A stretch of DNA of 64,000 nucleotides from Octopus bimaculoides (taxonomy: Eukaryota), in assembly GCF_001194135.2 (NCBI RefSeq), contig NC_068993.1, positions 63,093,992 through 63,157,991 of the forward strand, written 5' to 3'. Positions 1 through 27,300 of the stretch are shown here, piece by piece. The notes under the pieces were generated by a model. The model saw only the letters and a program-made list of their open reading frames with translations. It was not told the origin of the DNA and made no database searches. The translations under genes and the position numbers were made by a program. Every line of letters begins with the position of its first letter. The stretch's first letter is position 1.

Positions 1-420
1 GTGAAGATACAGAATGTAAACATTCACACACACATAAAAGTGTGTGTGTGAGAGAAGGGCTTTCATACAGTCTCTGTCTATCAATTTCTCTCGCAAGACA
101 TTATGTTGCTTGGCCCAAGGCTATAATATAAGACACTTGCTTAAGGTCCCAGGCAGTAAGATAGAGCCTCAGACTATTCAGTTATGAAACAATCTCCATC
201 TGCAAAGCCATGCTTTGCTTGTTTCTGGCAAAAAAAGAAAGAGAAAATGGCCATAGTTTAGATATTGATCAGGGGCTTAATAATAACAGCACCAACTCTT
301 TTTACATATATAAAAAATATCAGAATCTCTTGTATGCATATTCTGCATTACCATATCTTCACTGTATTTTACTCTGAAACAAACATGAAGCTAAAATCTT
401 TGACATATCCTCTCATGTAG

Positions 421-14287
<13,867 letters not shown>

Positions 14288-14634
14288 AGCGGCTTTCAGT
14301 GGTGGACCAATGCAGGCGAGTTTAGACATGGCCATCGCCTTCAGCAATCTCTTCAAACCTCTTAACACTTACAGCCAGTTTTCTTTTACTTTTTATTTCC
14401 CCTCTAAACTCTCTTCTTTCTTCTCTCTCTCTTTCCTCCTCATTTACCTTATTTCTATTGCTATAGCTGTTGCAGGAAGCTTCAGCGCCCTCCTCATGCG
14501 CATGTTTGCCATAGCCTGCAGCTTCCACCTCCACCTGGCGATGAGGTCCACTGCTTTACATTTGATGGTATCCAGTCGGGCGTCTGTCTGCATCTGTATG
14601 TTGTCTCTTGATGTCTCTGCTGTAAATGTTACAT

Positions 14635-14697
14635 GTGTCTATATGCATGTGTCTATATGCATGTGTCTATATGCATGTGTCTATATGCATGTGTCAG
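14635..14697. repeat. 14-bp minisatellite (ATATGCATGTGTCT) x ~4
   Basis: Directly visible tandem array. Confidence 0.85.
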
Positions 14698-15547
14698 TCC
14701 AGGGCACTCCAGCAGGATCTCGTGCACCAGCAGCTGGAGGTTACAAGGAGACAGCTAGAAATTTCATAATTTGCCACTGATTAAATGGTGGGAACGATTG
14801 TGATGATGATGGTGGTGGTGGCTATGGTGATAGAGGATCACCTTGATCGCTCGAAAGACAGCAGTCGTTTTCAATGACTTCTTCCATCAAGCCATCTTCC
14901 AATTGAGTCTTTAATTCTCTTTCTTCTAAATTATCTCTCTCTCTCTCTCTCTCTTCCTCTCTCTCTCTTCCTCTCTCTCTCTTCCTCTATCTCTATTTCT
15001 ATTTATCTCTCCCCCACCCCTCTCGTGTTCTCACTGATGAAATCTGGCTCGTTAATAAGAGAAAAGTGAAAAGAAGTTAAACAAAGAAACCAAACTAACA
15101 TTGGAGGAAATAAATGTTAGTAAAAGTATTTAAAAAAAGAAGCAAAACATTAAATGAAACAAGAGTAAAAAAAAAATGTAATGACAAGGGAATGTCTGCT
15201 CCTAGTCTTGTAGACAAGGATTCTGATAATTATTCTTTAATATTACCTGCCCTCTGCCACAGTCTCTCGATGTACACACACATATATACACTTAACTTCA
15301 CCTTCTAATGCTAATTATTCTTCTAACTCTCAGAATAAACCACGAGTCTAGCAGTATTCCCCACTGAACATTGTCTGCTGAAATCTGGATATTAGACGAA
15401 AGAAAATGATCTCTCTTCTTATACCACCTGTGTGTGTGTGTGTGATCGTGTATGTTGGAGTGTGTGTGTTTTGGTGTGTGACGGTGTGTGTTCGTGCATG
15501 ACTATCTTCAATTCATGAGCAGCATATATAGCCGTAGCTGCACATGA

Positions 15548-15583
<36 letters not shown>

Positions 15584-17120
15584 TGTGCAGCTGTGCTCAC
15601 TTATCTGTTTGGATGGACAAAGCTTCACTACTTCCCCACACACACAATGTGTGTTTATAGCTTCCCCACATTTACCCAACCCTATGTGCAGATGGGTAAA
15701 TGCATGTGTGTGTGTGTGTGTGTGTGTATGCATCTGCTGCACATAAATCTCTGCATTTATATGTCCACACTTACATAGCTGTTTTGTGCGCCTGCTTGCA
15801 CAGAGCCATGTTTGCTGCTGGGGCAATGACCCACACTCGTTAACCTGTAAATTAAAGCTGCTCTTAGATCTCCGTGGTTTCAGCTTACACTTTCCTGTAT
15901 TTGTGGACTCAGCTACTCACACTTACCTGCCTGAGTTCTGTTGTCCACATTTTACCCGTGCAGGAACAGTAAACGATATGCCATTAATGGTGTGTAGTGC
16001 TCCCCTCTCCCAGTGGTGGTAGTGGTGGTCGTGGTTGGAAGTCAGGGTATTCTCGATCAATTAGTCTACCTTCGCAATACTACAATACCCTATATTATTA
16101 TTATTATTCATTTACCCGTATTATACAATTAGTGTGCAGTTTTGTTTTGGGTTTGAAAACTAAATCTTTTTTTTTTCTTCGCCTCCTACACAACCTTCAA
16201 CACTTGCTGAAACCTGGATTATGATTTTAACCAGTTCCTTCCTTGCAAACACAAAAAAACCTACCCTGTCTTACTGAATACCTTCATGCTTAGCAATTCT
16301 TTTGTCTGTGTCTGCAGATGTTGCTAGAGCAGTTGGAAGCCGGGTTAAGATTTATCCATCACTCCACTATTCTACTCTTCCTCCTCCGTCTCAGCTTGGC
16401 TCGCAAACCAAGTTATTTGCCCCCCCCCCCTCTTTTCGCCCATACTTGCACACACTGTAGTTGTTTGTGTTGTCGTAATACAGTGGTTGTATCCCTCTAC
16501 ATTTATAGACTTGTGCTATAGAAAATTGCACGAGAAAATATTTACAGGCTTCTAGGGAAAATAAAACAGATCGTGGTGTGCTGTCAAAGTAATAAGAGGG
16601 AGTGATAGACCACCAGGCATGTAATTCACAATCGAAAGCTAATGATTTAGTAAAAAGGAATGAATTTCTTTAAAAGACAATAGTTAAGTAGAAGTACCAA
16701 ACATGACTTGGGAATGGTGTCATTGGGAAAAAATATGGAAAACCATTTGATAAAGTGATTGACGTAACATGAAAGATCTGACTTTTTTGCTTTGTTTCAT
16801 GTGTATAAATATTTGACACTGGAATACTAAAGTCATTTCAGTTGACTAATTCAACCGTCAAAATATCTGGCCTTGAGTCCAGTGCTAGAAATCAGAGTTT
16901 AGCAGTGAAACTATGCAGAAATCTGTGTACATCATCTTCAAGAAAGAGAAGTTATTGTGATGGCGATTACTGGAGCATCTTGAGACGAAGGTTAATGATC
17001 ACAATCATCACCATCATCATCATCATCTCTGTCTTCAGATTTTGCTACAGATCTTTCTGATGTTCTCACAGATGGAACATAGCTAAACTAACTGGTTCAA
17101 ACATTGGATCGTGATTAGAA

Positions 17121-17317
17121 TTAACCCTTTAGCATTCAGATGCCTATTCACATTGCTTTGAATTAATCTTGCATTATCTTGTAGCTTCAAGGTTTTCAAT
17201 GATATGATTGTTTATGTCTAGAATGACATTGCTGGGTAGGTGTGAAAGGCCAGTTCTGGCCATTCTGAACTTCAAACAGGTGAAATATTCGGCCCAGTTT
17301 AAATGCTAAAGGGTTAA
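17121..17317. mobile_element. piggyBac-like MITE (TTAA TSD, CCCTTTAGCATT TIR)
   Basis: TTAA-CCCTTTAGCATT ... AATGCTAAAGGG-TTAA. Confidence 0.8.
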
Positions 17318-20104
17318 AAGGTTTGACTGCTGCTGCTTTGATTTTCATTTTGCAGCAGAAATTTTAAACAAACAAAAAAGAAAATCAATCAGAATTTATA
17401 GAGTACCTCTCCGAAAGCACTTCACAACAAAGTACATGGATCAAGTCCATGTGCATGCAGGAGGAGTCCTGCTGATGTAGTCATTATATTTTTGTCTTCA
17501 CTATTTAAAGTGCTGTAAATGAATAACAATAACCAACACACAGCTAACCCTTTAATCTGTTGGTTGATTCCCATTCTGTGTGTCCGTGTGTCCCTCTTTC
17601 TCCTGTGCCATATTCTTGTTATAACCACACACAACCCTCAGCCATTCAATTCCTCTGTTTTTCACACTCAGAGACGATTCTTTGAATTTTCTTCCTATGG
17701 GTTCTTCAGGGTCGTGAAAAATGTAAGGTGGTCATTGTCGTTAAAACTGAGGAAACACCTTTGATAAGGTTTTTTTTTTATTTTTTCAACTTTTTGTCAA
17801 ATTTTGTCTTTATTGTCTGTTCATGTATGTTCTGATAATAATAATAATAGGCACAAGACCGGAAATTTGGTGGTAGGGGGTTAGTTGATTGCATCAACCC
17901 CAGTGCTCAACCAGTACTTATTTCATCAACTCTGAAAGGTTGAAAGGCGAAGTTGACCTTGGTGGAATTTACTCAGAACATAAAAACGAACAAAATACCG
18001 CTGACCATTTTGCCCGGCATGCTAACGGTTCTGCCAGCTCACTGCCTTAAAATTATAACAACTATAATAGTGGTGTCCCTCCAATGTTCAATATCCCACC
18101 AGTGGAGCCGACACCCACACTATGAACTAATGATACATGTGTCGCCGTATGCAGTGCCCTTCTTTGCTGGCTGCAAGAATTTGCCATACCTATCCCCCTC
18201 CTCTCAAACCACTGATTTCTAAATAGTGAAATGTGTGTGGGGGTGGGAGTGGGAGTGGGAGTAAGGCCATTTGTGTATTGCAAACTGTGTCTTGTCTGTT
18301 GGAGACACCGTGGAGTCTTCTAGTTATGGGAGGAAACGGATCAACAGCTCTTCAGTTGGTAGTTGGTTGTCACCCTACGTTAAGGGTACATGTGTCTGTG
18401 GAGTGCTCAGCCACTTGCACGTTAATTTCACGAGCAGACTGTTCCGTTGAGTAGATCAACTGGGACCCTCGTCGTCGTAGCCGACGGAGTGCCACGATTA
18501 TTATTAATAATAATTATTTAAGGGGATAAGTGTGGTAGAATCATAAGCCTGTCCTTAGCAATATTTCTGTCATCTCTACATTCTGAGTTCAAATCCCACC
18601 ATGGTCCACGTTGCCTTTCATCTTTGCGGGGCTGATGAACACAGTGTTCGAGGCAATCGACTCCCTCCCTTCCCTGGATCTGCTGGCCTTGTGCCAAAAT
18701 TTAGAATCATTATTATTATTATTATTATTATTACTTTTATTTTGTGACCTATTATATTTTCAATTTTTTTATTTTGCTGTTTTTTGTTTTGTTTTTTTCC
18801 TTTGCAGTTTTTTTTCTATAATTATTTATATATTCATTTACTATGAAAATGACAATTATGAACATTTCTTCAGCATTTATATTTGCGGTTTAGTCAGTAT
18901 GTGACTGTTACCAAAACACAGTAAGCATAGCTAGCCTTTGACTGGATCACAGCTTTAGTTCACATGTCATATAGCCAGATATTGACTTGCCATAGATCTC
19001 CTTGATAGTGGCTGCCCAAGGGTTACACAACTATGTGTGCATGCACACACACACACACACACACACACTCTCTCTCTCTCATGTAATATCTATTTTTAGA
19101 CACATACATACATACACACACACACATTATATATAAAATATATGCTTAATATTATTTGCTTGAGGCCTTGTGTTTATCATATATAATCAGATATAAACTG
19201 GTGCAAATGGTCTTTTTTTTTTGTGTGTGTGTATGCTTCTTCTTCTTCCCTTCATGAAAAAGAGCCACATTGTATTCATGTCTTTACAAAGCCTCTTCTG
19301 TCAGCGTTGCATTTGACACCTGAAAAGAGCAGGTTTCAAAAATGATTACAGTGGTATAAAACCCATAGGATTTCATTCAGTATGCCAACCAGAGGCCTCT
19401 CTTTAGATCTTCCTCCAGGCATTTATGCAATTATTGCTGCAACTCAATACTCTTAAGCTGTGCTCTTTTTACATTAAAATATCATTTTCTTAGATTAATT
19501 GTCAGAGTGTAAATTATCCTTCAGCAGGATTTCACACATGAGGGTCCTGACCTCATGCCTAGGTATTTCATTAGAACCAAGAGTAGCTTGATGGCATCCA
19601 AAAGCTTTCTGCCACATGAATTGCATAGCTAATGAGAAACTAGCAGCTTTTACCAGCATATTACCATCACTTCAAGGATTTATAAGAGCAGTGATCTGAA
19701 AGTATTCATGCAGAACTTTCTTTGGCAGCAGAACATTTACTTTGTGTGTATGTGTGTGTGTGTGTGTAAGCTGAAAATGCACTTGGAGTTTTTAAGAAAA
19801 TTTATTCAGTTTAACCAGTTTGACGATTTCATTATTTTCCAAAAATAGTAGAGAAGAGGGACATGGAGTTTTGCCAAATTTGTCTTGACTCTTGAGACTC
19901 TGAGAGTCAAGACTAATATAACAGAGCTCCAAGACCCTTATCTCTACCACTTTTGGAAAATAATGAAATTGTGAAACCAGTTAAGTAACTCTAAATAAAT
20001 TTTCTTAAATACTCCAAGTGCATTTTCAACTTCTTTATATTTCTACTCACGTGAGAGAAAACAACTTATTTTCTTGTGTATGTGTGTGTATACACACCTG
20101 TATA

Positions 20105-20150
<46 letters not shown>

Positions 20151-23100
20151 GATGTATGTGTACATGCACTCATATATACACACATACATACTATCTGTAA
20201 TCTCTTGAATTTCTAGGAATCATTCTCGGTCATTATTATTATTATTTAGATTGACTGAGTCAGAGCATCAGATAATATCTTATGGTATTCGTTTCAGCTT
20301 TTTTTATGTTCTGAATTCAAATCCTGACACGATCAGCCTTTTTACCTTGTGGGGTTTGCTAAATCAACTAACTCCCACCCACCTCTGCCAAATTCCTGAC
20401 CTTGTACCTATGCTGGACATAACTATTATTATTATTATTATTGTTATATTTTTAAATTATAAATTACTGCGTGGCTAAAATTCAACTTCCCTTATGTAAA
20501 AAAATCTGTATTGCCTCTCCCTTCACCCTCTTCCCCCCAGGGCCCTTATAACCAAATTTATAAGCTTCTGGGATTTTTATAAACTCTGGGTTTCAAGTTT
20601 TGTCTCCTAAAGCAGTTATTGCATTGAGCCCTTAAGCAAGACCCTTAACTCTAATCGCCCCTAAAAACTTTTATGCCTTTGTGAGAAATCCTTATATCCA
20701 GTTTCCTGGTATTTATTCCACTTTACAATATTTTCTGTATTTATTTGTTTTTTTTTTTCTTTATTGTAGACATTTTTTATACTTTTTTTATTTCTTAATT
20801 TTTATTTTCTCTCCTCCTCTACTCCACTTTGGAATGAATATTTTTACTTTTCCATATTTTTTTTTTGTTTCAAGCCAGAATGTCACTAAATCCTGTAAAT
20901 ATGAAAAAAAGATATGTATCTTTTTGTTGTTGTTGTTGTTGTTCTTGTTTTACTTATTTATTTATTATTATTTTATTGTTGCTGTTATTTATTTCCTCCA
21001 AAAGTTTTCGTGATGAGGACAACAGTAGAAATTTCTAAATATTCACCTGTGCACCCTCTAACCCAAACACATTTTTTAAAAATACCCATTTCTCCCATCC
21101 CCAGGAACCAAAGTTTGTATGTCCCTTTTTCTAGAAGGACCAAGCTGTGCGCCTACCTTTGGACCAATCTCTGTGTCCAAACTGAGCCTGCTGCTGATGT
21201 TTTCAGAATTAATTTCCATTAGGAAAAAGAAACGTCAACATCCGCATGCGTTCATCTATTTTTATCTTAACCCCCCCTTCTCTCCTAAACGCCTTCCCCT
21301 ACTCCCCCCTATCATATTGTAATATTGACTGGCTGGTGTTTTTATTTCCTTATTCCTTACATAGAAAAATAGCAGTATTTTATCATTTTGTTTGGAACCA
21401 TGCATGTATGCTTTTGAATTTAAGTTCTGTTCTTTCTTATTTTCTTTACCATAGGATTAATTGGAGAACCAAACCTTCATCCACTTTTCTTATCTCCCCC
21501 CCCCTCTCTCTCTCTTCTTTGTCACCAAAGAATTTCTTTTAAAAGCAATGTCTAAAGTGTTCCGTTGTCCATTCCAAGACCACATAACGAATGCCTGCTG
21601 CTAACCAAACTGATCTCTTGAATCAGTTGTTGTTCTTCTCCAATTGCTTTCATTGGAAATGAAGAATGGAAAAAAAAAGAAAGCAAGTAGAAGGAATGAC
21701 CTTGGGCCATTCTTCCGAGGAATAATGCAGAAGAAGGCTATGATATTTCTTTATTCTTCTTTGAACAACAAACACACAAGTTTGTTTGGTTCCGTATTTC
21801 TGCCATGCTTTAGCTGAGGGTCCTTATCTAAGATTTGCATTTTACAAACAAATAATTTACCTTTCTAGAATCCTAGAGAGGACAGTAACTAGAACGGTTC
21901 GGAATAGTGTGGTTTGCCAAGTTGTAGCAGGAATGGTTTTGTACAAAGAGAGAGCCCTGATTTGGGATGTTGGCTCTTGAAGTTTAAAAGAGAAGGAGAA
22001 TAATGTGGAATGGTCTTTGGAATAACAGCAGAGTTGACCTTAAGAAATTGTTGATTAGGTGCAGACGTGATTGTGTAGTCAAGGAGCTTGCTTCCCAACC
22101 ATGTGGTCTTGCATTCAGTCCCACTGCATGACACCTTGAACAAGTGTCTTCTGCTATAGCCCTGGGCCAACCAATGCCATATGAGTGCCTTTGGTTGACA
22201 GAAACTGAAAGAAGCCCTTTTGTGTGTCTACATTTGTCGAACCCATGCCAGCATTGAAAACGACCCTTAAACGATGATGATGATGATGTCTTTGTGTTTG
22301 TCCCCCACTTCCACCACCTCTTGACAACCAGTGTTCATTTTGTTTTTACATCCCCCTCACCTAGCAGTTCAACAAAAGAGACCAATAGAATAAGTACCAG
22401 GCTTAACATTTGTACTGGGGTCGATTTGTTCCATTAATACTTTTCAAGGTGGTGCCCCAGCATGGCAGCCTTCTCCTCACGGCTCCCCACCAACGCCTCA
22501 CTGCTTTCTCTTTTATCATTGTCGACATAAGACTGCTTCTATGACCGTCTCAACTTCACTGATAACCTCTGTCAGAAGGAGATTCTTGTGTGTGTGTGTG
22601 TGCTAGTTGTAATAAGATAGGGATCAATAATCATCAAGACCCTCTCTCTTTCTCTCAGTGTGTGTGTGTGTGTATGTATCTATCAATTCACTATTGCACC
22701 GTTTACTGTATCCTTGGTCAAGGAACATAACTCTGACCTGCCTCAGCCCACCCTTTCTCCTTACATCACATCAGTGTTATCTCAGTTGTGTATTAAACAG
22801 TACTAAACGAGATACCTTTATACATATAAACAGACCAACTAACATACACACCACTCCAGCATTGTATGTAAATTTGTACACAAAATATTGTATTCATGGT
22901 GGCGGGGGTGGGGCGGGTCTGTAACCACACCCTCGCATCTTGGTTGAACTGATATCAGCAGTATTTGTTTCTCTGCTGTCTTTGTTTTATTGGTTGTTGT
23001 ATTTGATGATTTGAAACACACAGGAGGAGAACCAATGTCTTTTAAAGACAACAAAGGAGGTTTTTTTTTTTTTTTGTGGTTTGTGTTGTTATCTGGTTGT

Positions 23101-24291
23101 TTCATTCACCCCTACTCTGGAGGTGGTTTAATGCAGCACTGACGTGTGTGTGTGTGCAATTAATGTAGGCCCCTTATCCACTACTTTGAGAATGTTCAGC
23201 ATACCAGATTCAGTGGGATGTCAGCATCTGACCTCTATCAATCCAGCTGTGACCATTCCGCTGAAACCAGGTGATCTCTGCTGGGAAATGTATGGAAGCA
23301 AACACGGTGTAGCGTCTCTTTTATACATTCACACCTGTGCATTTGTATGTGTATAAAATGTGTTGTACATTTGGTTCTGCAATCAAGAGAAGAAGAAAAA
23401 TACTCAGCATATTGAGAAGAGAGTATTTGTCTGAGAGATCAATGATTCATTTCATTATTAGTCAAGAGTCTTTTACCATCTAATTAGCGCAGCGAGGAAT
23501 CCTGTGTAAATTATCCATATTGAACATATATATATATATACACATGCAGACATGCATGCATAATCTCTCTCTCTCTCTCTCTCTAATCAAGATGTCATTC
23601 ATACTCAATTGTTATACCAACAAATCTAATCTGATAATCCACAGAACTTTTAATCCGTAGAGATTATGTGCAGTGGTACTGGTGTATCTTTTGTATTCCC
23701 TTAATTTACTTAAACATAGCTTTCAAACTATCATCCATACAATTTATTTTAACTCACAAATGTGTGTAAATCAAGCCACTAATAGTTTCTTGCTGTGGAA
23801 ACATGTGTCTAGGCAGATTTTTACAATATGCCTTGTGTCTCCAAGCACACAAGGCGTGTTATGAACCCTGCCGAGACCTACATCTCCATGCAAGAAACTA
23901 TTAGTAACCCTTATTTTAACTATTGACATTAAATGATATTTATCTCTCATTGAAACAGTAAACTATAGAGAGAGAGTGAGTGTGTGTGTGTTCACAGTGA
24001 ATTAAGGTAGAAACAGTGAAAACAAACAATAAAAAGAAATGAAATGACCAAGAACACAATGGAATTTCTTTATCAGCCATCAAATTAGATGTGGCTGAAA
24101 TATCAACACCTTTGTATGTGTGTGTGTGTGACTTCTCTCACAAGACTTAAAGTCAGTCAAAGACAATAGTAGAAGGCATTCCTGATACTGTGCAGTGGGA
24201 CTGAACCTGAAACCACATAGTTGGGAAGTGATAAATATATATGTATATGTGTGTGTATACACATGCAAATATGTATATTTCTATGTATGTG

Positions 24292-24326
<35 letters not shown>

Positions 24327-27300
24327 GCAGATATAGATAGCTGCTGCTCTGAAACAGAGACATACATACATACATACATACGTATATACACACACATATA
24401 TTATAATATAAAATAATGTGGGTTGGTGGTTGCAGTCACAGGTGCAAGACGATGGGTTTGCATCCCAGGCTGGGCAGCAATGCTTCATTTTACATTGCTC
24501 CAGTCCATTTAGCTGTAAATGGGTAAACCTGTCATGGAATATCCTTCCTATCAGGGGAATGTTGGCCTTCTTGCCTAGCCAGCAGGGTGGGGTCATTTGA
24601 AAGCTAAAACAATGTTAAGCGCATTGTGACTAGCGATGTATAACCTCCAATTGTCCGGTCGATGCCGTGATATTTTCTTATATACATGTTTATACACAAC
24701 ATGCATTAGGAAACTTTAATTCTTAATGTAGTTAAACTACAGTTTTTATGCTTTTTCGCCATGGAACCATTAAGCAGATGTGAAGACATCTTGTAACTCT
24801 CTTCATACCAAGAAAAATAAGAGAGAGACACAGAATCTCATTTATTTTTCCCAGTATAAACAGGTAATGATGTATTTACATAAAATTCCTCTAGGTTACT
24901 TCAAATTCATTTTACACACTCAAACACAGGTGTTCACACACACATTTATGGTGATAGTGGGGTTAGCTAACCAATTGTTTGTTTTGTATTTTTTTTATTC
25001 TTGAAAGCCTCTAATTGATACTTTGATCCATGGCACTACTTGGAGCTGATGATGGCCAAATTTATAGGATATCGGACAATCAGCCATAGGTGGACCAGTG
25101 GCTGATTTGTGTCATATTACTAACTCTGCACAGTCCTTGACACTTTTAAACGGGGCAATCTAACAAGCCATAGGTGTGGGCCACATAATGGAGTTGGTCA
25201 CCATTGAAAGTTGTAAACAGGGGTAACATTACTGTGGTACTTGACCATTGTTTTGTTGGGTCGCTGATGTGTTTAGTAGGATTGAGGTCCTCTTGTAGGG
25301 TGAGTGAGGGGCCACTATAGAAGCACCATTTCTGCCATCCTGCTTAAAATTCCACAAACACCACTCATTCTAGAATGGTGATCATGGAAGCAAATGGATG
25401 AACAGGGTGCACTATTTCGATAATGATTTTGGGGTGGAAAACAAAATATAACAAGTTAAAATGATAAAGAAAAGAGAAATAAAGTAAGCAAAAAGATATA
25501 TATATATATATATATATATATGAATACAGTTTGTACATGTGTATGAATATATATATGTGTGAATGTGTGTGCATATATATATATATATGTTTGAACCGAT
25601 TTTGAAATGAAGTCAAAAAATCAAAATTTCTGTAGAAATATTTCCTGTGACTCTCTCCCATCGCTTGGAATTTTCTACTTAAACCTTACTTTGGCACAAA
25701 TTTTGGTGTTATTTATTTTATTTTTGTTAAGTTTCCAGAAAGTGATCATAACATTATATTTCCTTCTTCAAACATTCAGCACATAATTCCCTCTTGTGGC
25801 CAATGATGTTGTGTCTTTCTGGTCAGGAAGGTTAATGCCAGTCAAGAAAAATATAAATAAGACAAAGATTGCTCCCTCCCCACTCTTTTTTTTTTTTTTT
25901 TAATGGCATGGCAAATTTTGTGAATCTTGTCAGAATTTTGGTTTAGATACCTTTTATTTCTTTTAATTTAAAGATTAAAGAGAGAAAAATATATTTAAAA
26001 AAAAAAAGCAACCAAACGAGGAATAAATCAGTTGAACACTGGGATAGAATAAAAAAAGAAAATTGCAAAATATATTCTTTGCTCAGTTGCCAGGGAGAAA
26101 AAAATATATATAATTATGGAAAGTGAGATGGAAAAATGAAATTAAATATAAAGAAAAAACGTTTTGACCAGAGCAATGAAATAATAAAATAAAGATTATA
26201 TTGATGGTAATAATTAAAATAAAAATACATTTAAAAAAGTAATTATCAGGAGAGAATAAATGAAAGAAAATTGAAAATGCGAAAGCAAAAGTTATTTAAA
26301 AAAGAAAAAGAAAAATAAGCCCAGTAAAAAAAAGAAAAGCAACAAAAACCCCAAAAAAGAAAATCGTAAAGAATGCTACATATAATGTCCAGCAAAAGTA
26401 CGAGCTTATCTTGTAGGTTACCATTGTCCTAAATGGATGGCACCAAACAGGATAAAAGCTGATGCTGGCTACAACAGCTCTTCTATGTCTGACAGTCTTT
26501 AGCTTCATTCTACTGAAGCGCCCTCATTGCATTCCTGCATATTAAAATCCATTTAATCCAAGACCAATTTAAAGCTGTTATATTGTTTTCTTTCTTCATT
26601 CTTTTTGTTGTTGTTGTTGTTGTTGTTGTGTTCTGATGGACTCAATTAACCAGTTGACACCTCTCGCTTGCAATATCTTCACTTCACATTTCAGCAAGAA
26701 ACAAAAAAACAATTGATTAAAAAAAATTTTTTGTCCCACATGGTGTAACAGCACTTAAGTAAAACCTTTAGAAGCAAAATTAGCAAATGTTATTGTCAGG
26801 AATGTGACTGAAGCAAATCCAAAGACACAGTTTTCAACAACACGACAGTGTTAATAATAAATTAATATTACAAATCAAACACTTATTATACTGTCTGTTT
26901 TTTTGCCCAAGGTGAGTCACTATAGGTGCTGCAGTGTGGTCGGGAAAACCTGGTAAGATGAGTCAGTGGCCTGTTTATGTATATCCCCAGCTGGAGGCCT
27001 TACGCTTCTTTTTGGACCCCCGGCAGCTGTGATATTTTGGAGACAGATAACTTGTTTCAGTAAAACACTGCAGAGACATGAAACTCCTGACAATGCAACG
27101 GAGGGAACCTGTGGAAAAGGAAGACCTAGGACAAAGTGATGATGATAAATGGCCCTTCAGATATTGCATATTATCAAGGAAATGACTGGTGTATTTGAGA
27201 AGACCCATTTATCTAAGCAAACATGAGAGAAGAGTTTAGAGCAGCCCTCTGGCTCACCAGTTCCTGTCAAACTGTCCAACCCTTGCAAGCATCATGGAAA

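Noticed and set aside
14310-14780. 156-aa + ORF after CYFIP treated as a standalone gene
   Set aside because: It runs through a polypyrimidine tract and a 14-bp minisatellite and shows no recognisable domain. Only its exon-like sub-blocks are kept as a finding.
15419-15826. ORFs rich in THTH/CVCV/YIYI here and throughout the window
   Set aside because: Translations of (CA)n, (TG)n and (TA)n microsatellites.
25030-25300. Possible DIRS/tyrosine-recombinase remnant (minus: RYPINLAII)
   Set aside because: Only a few residues of resemblance; not supportable without a search.
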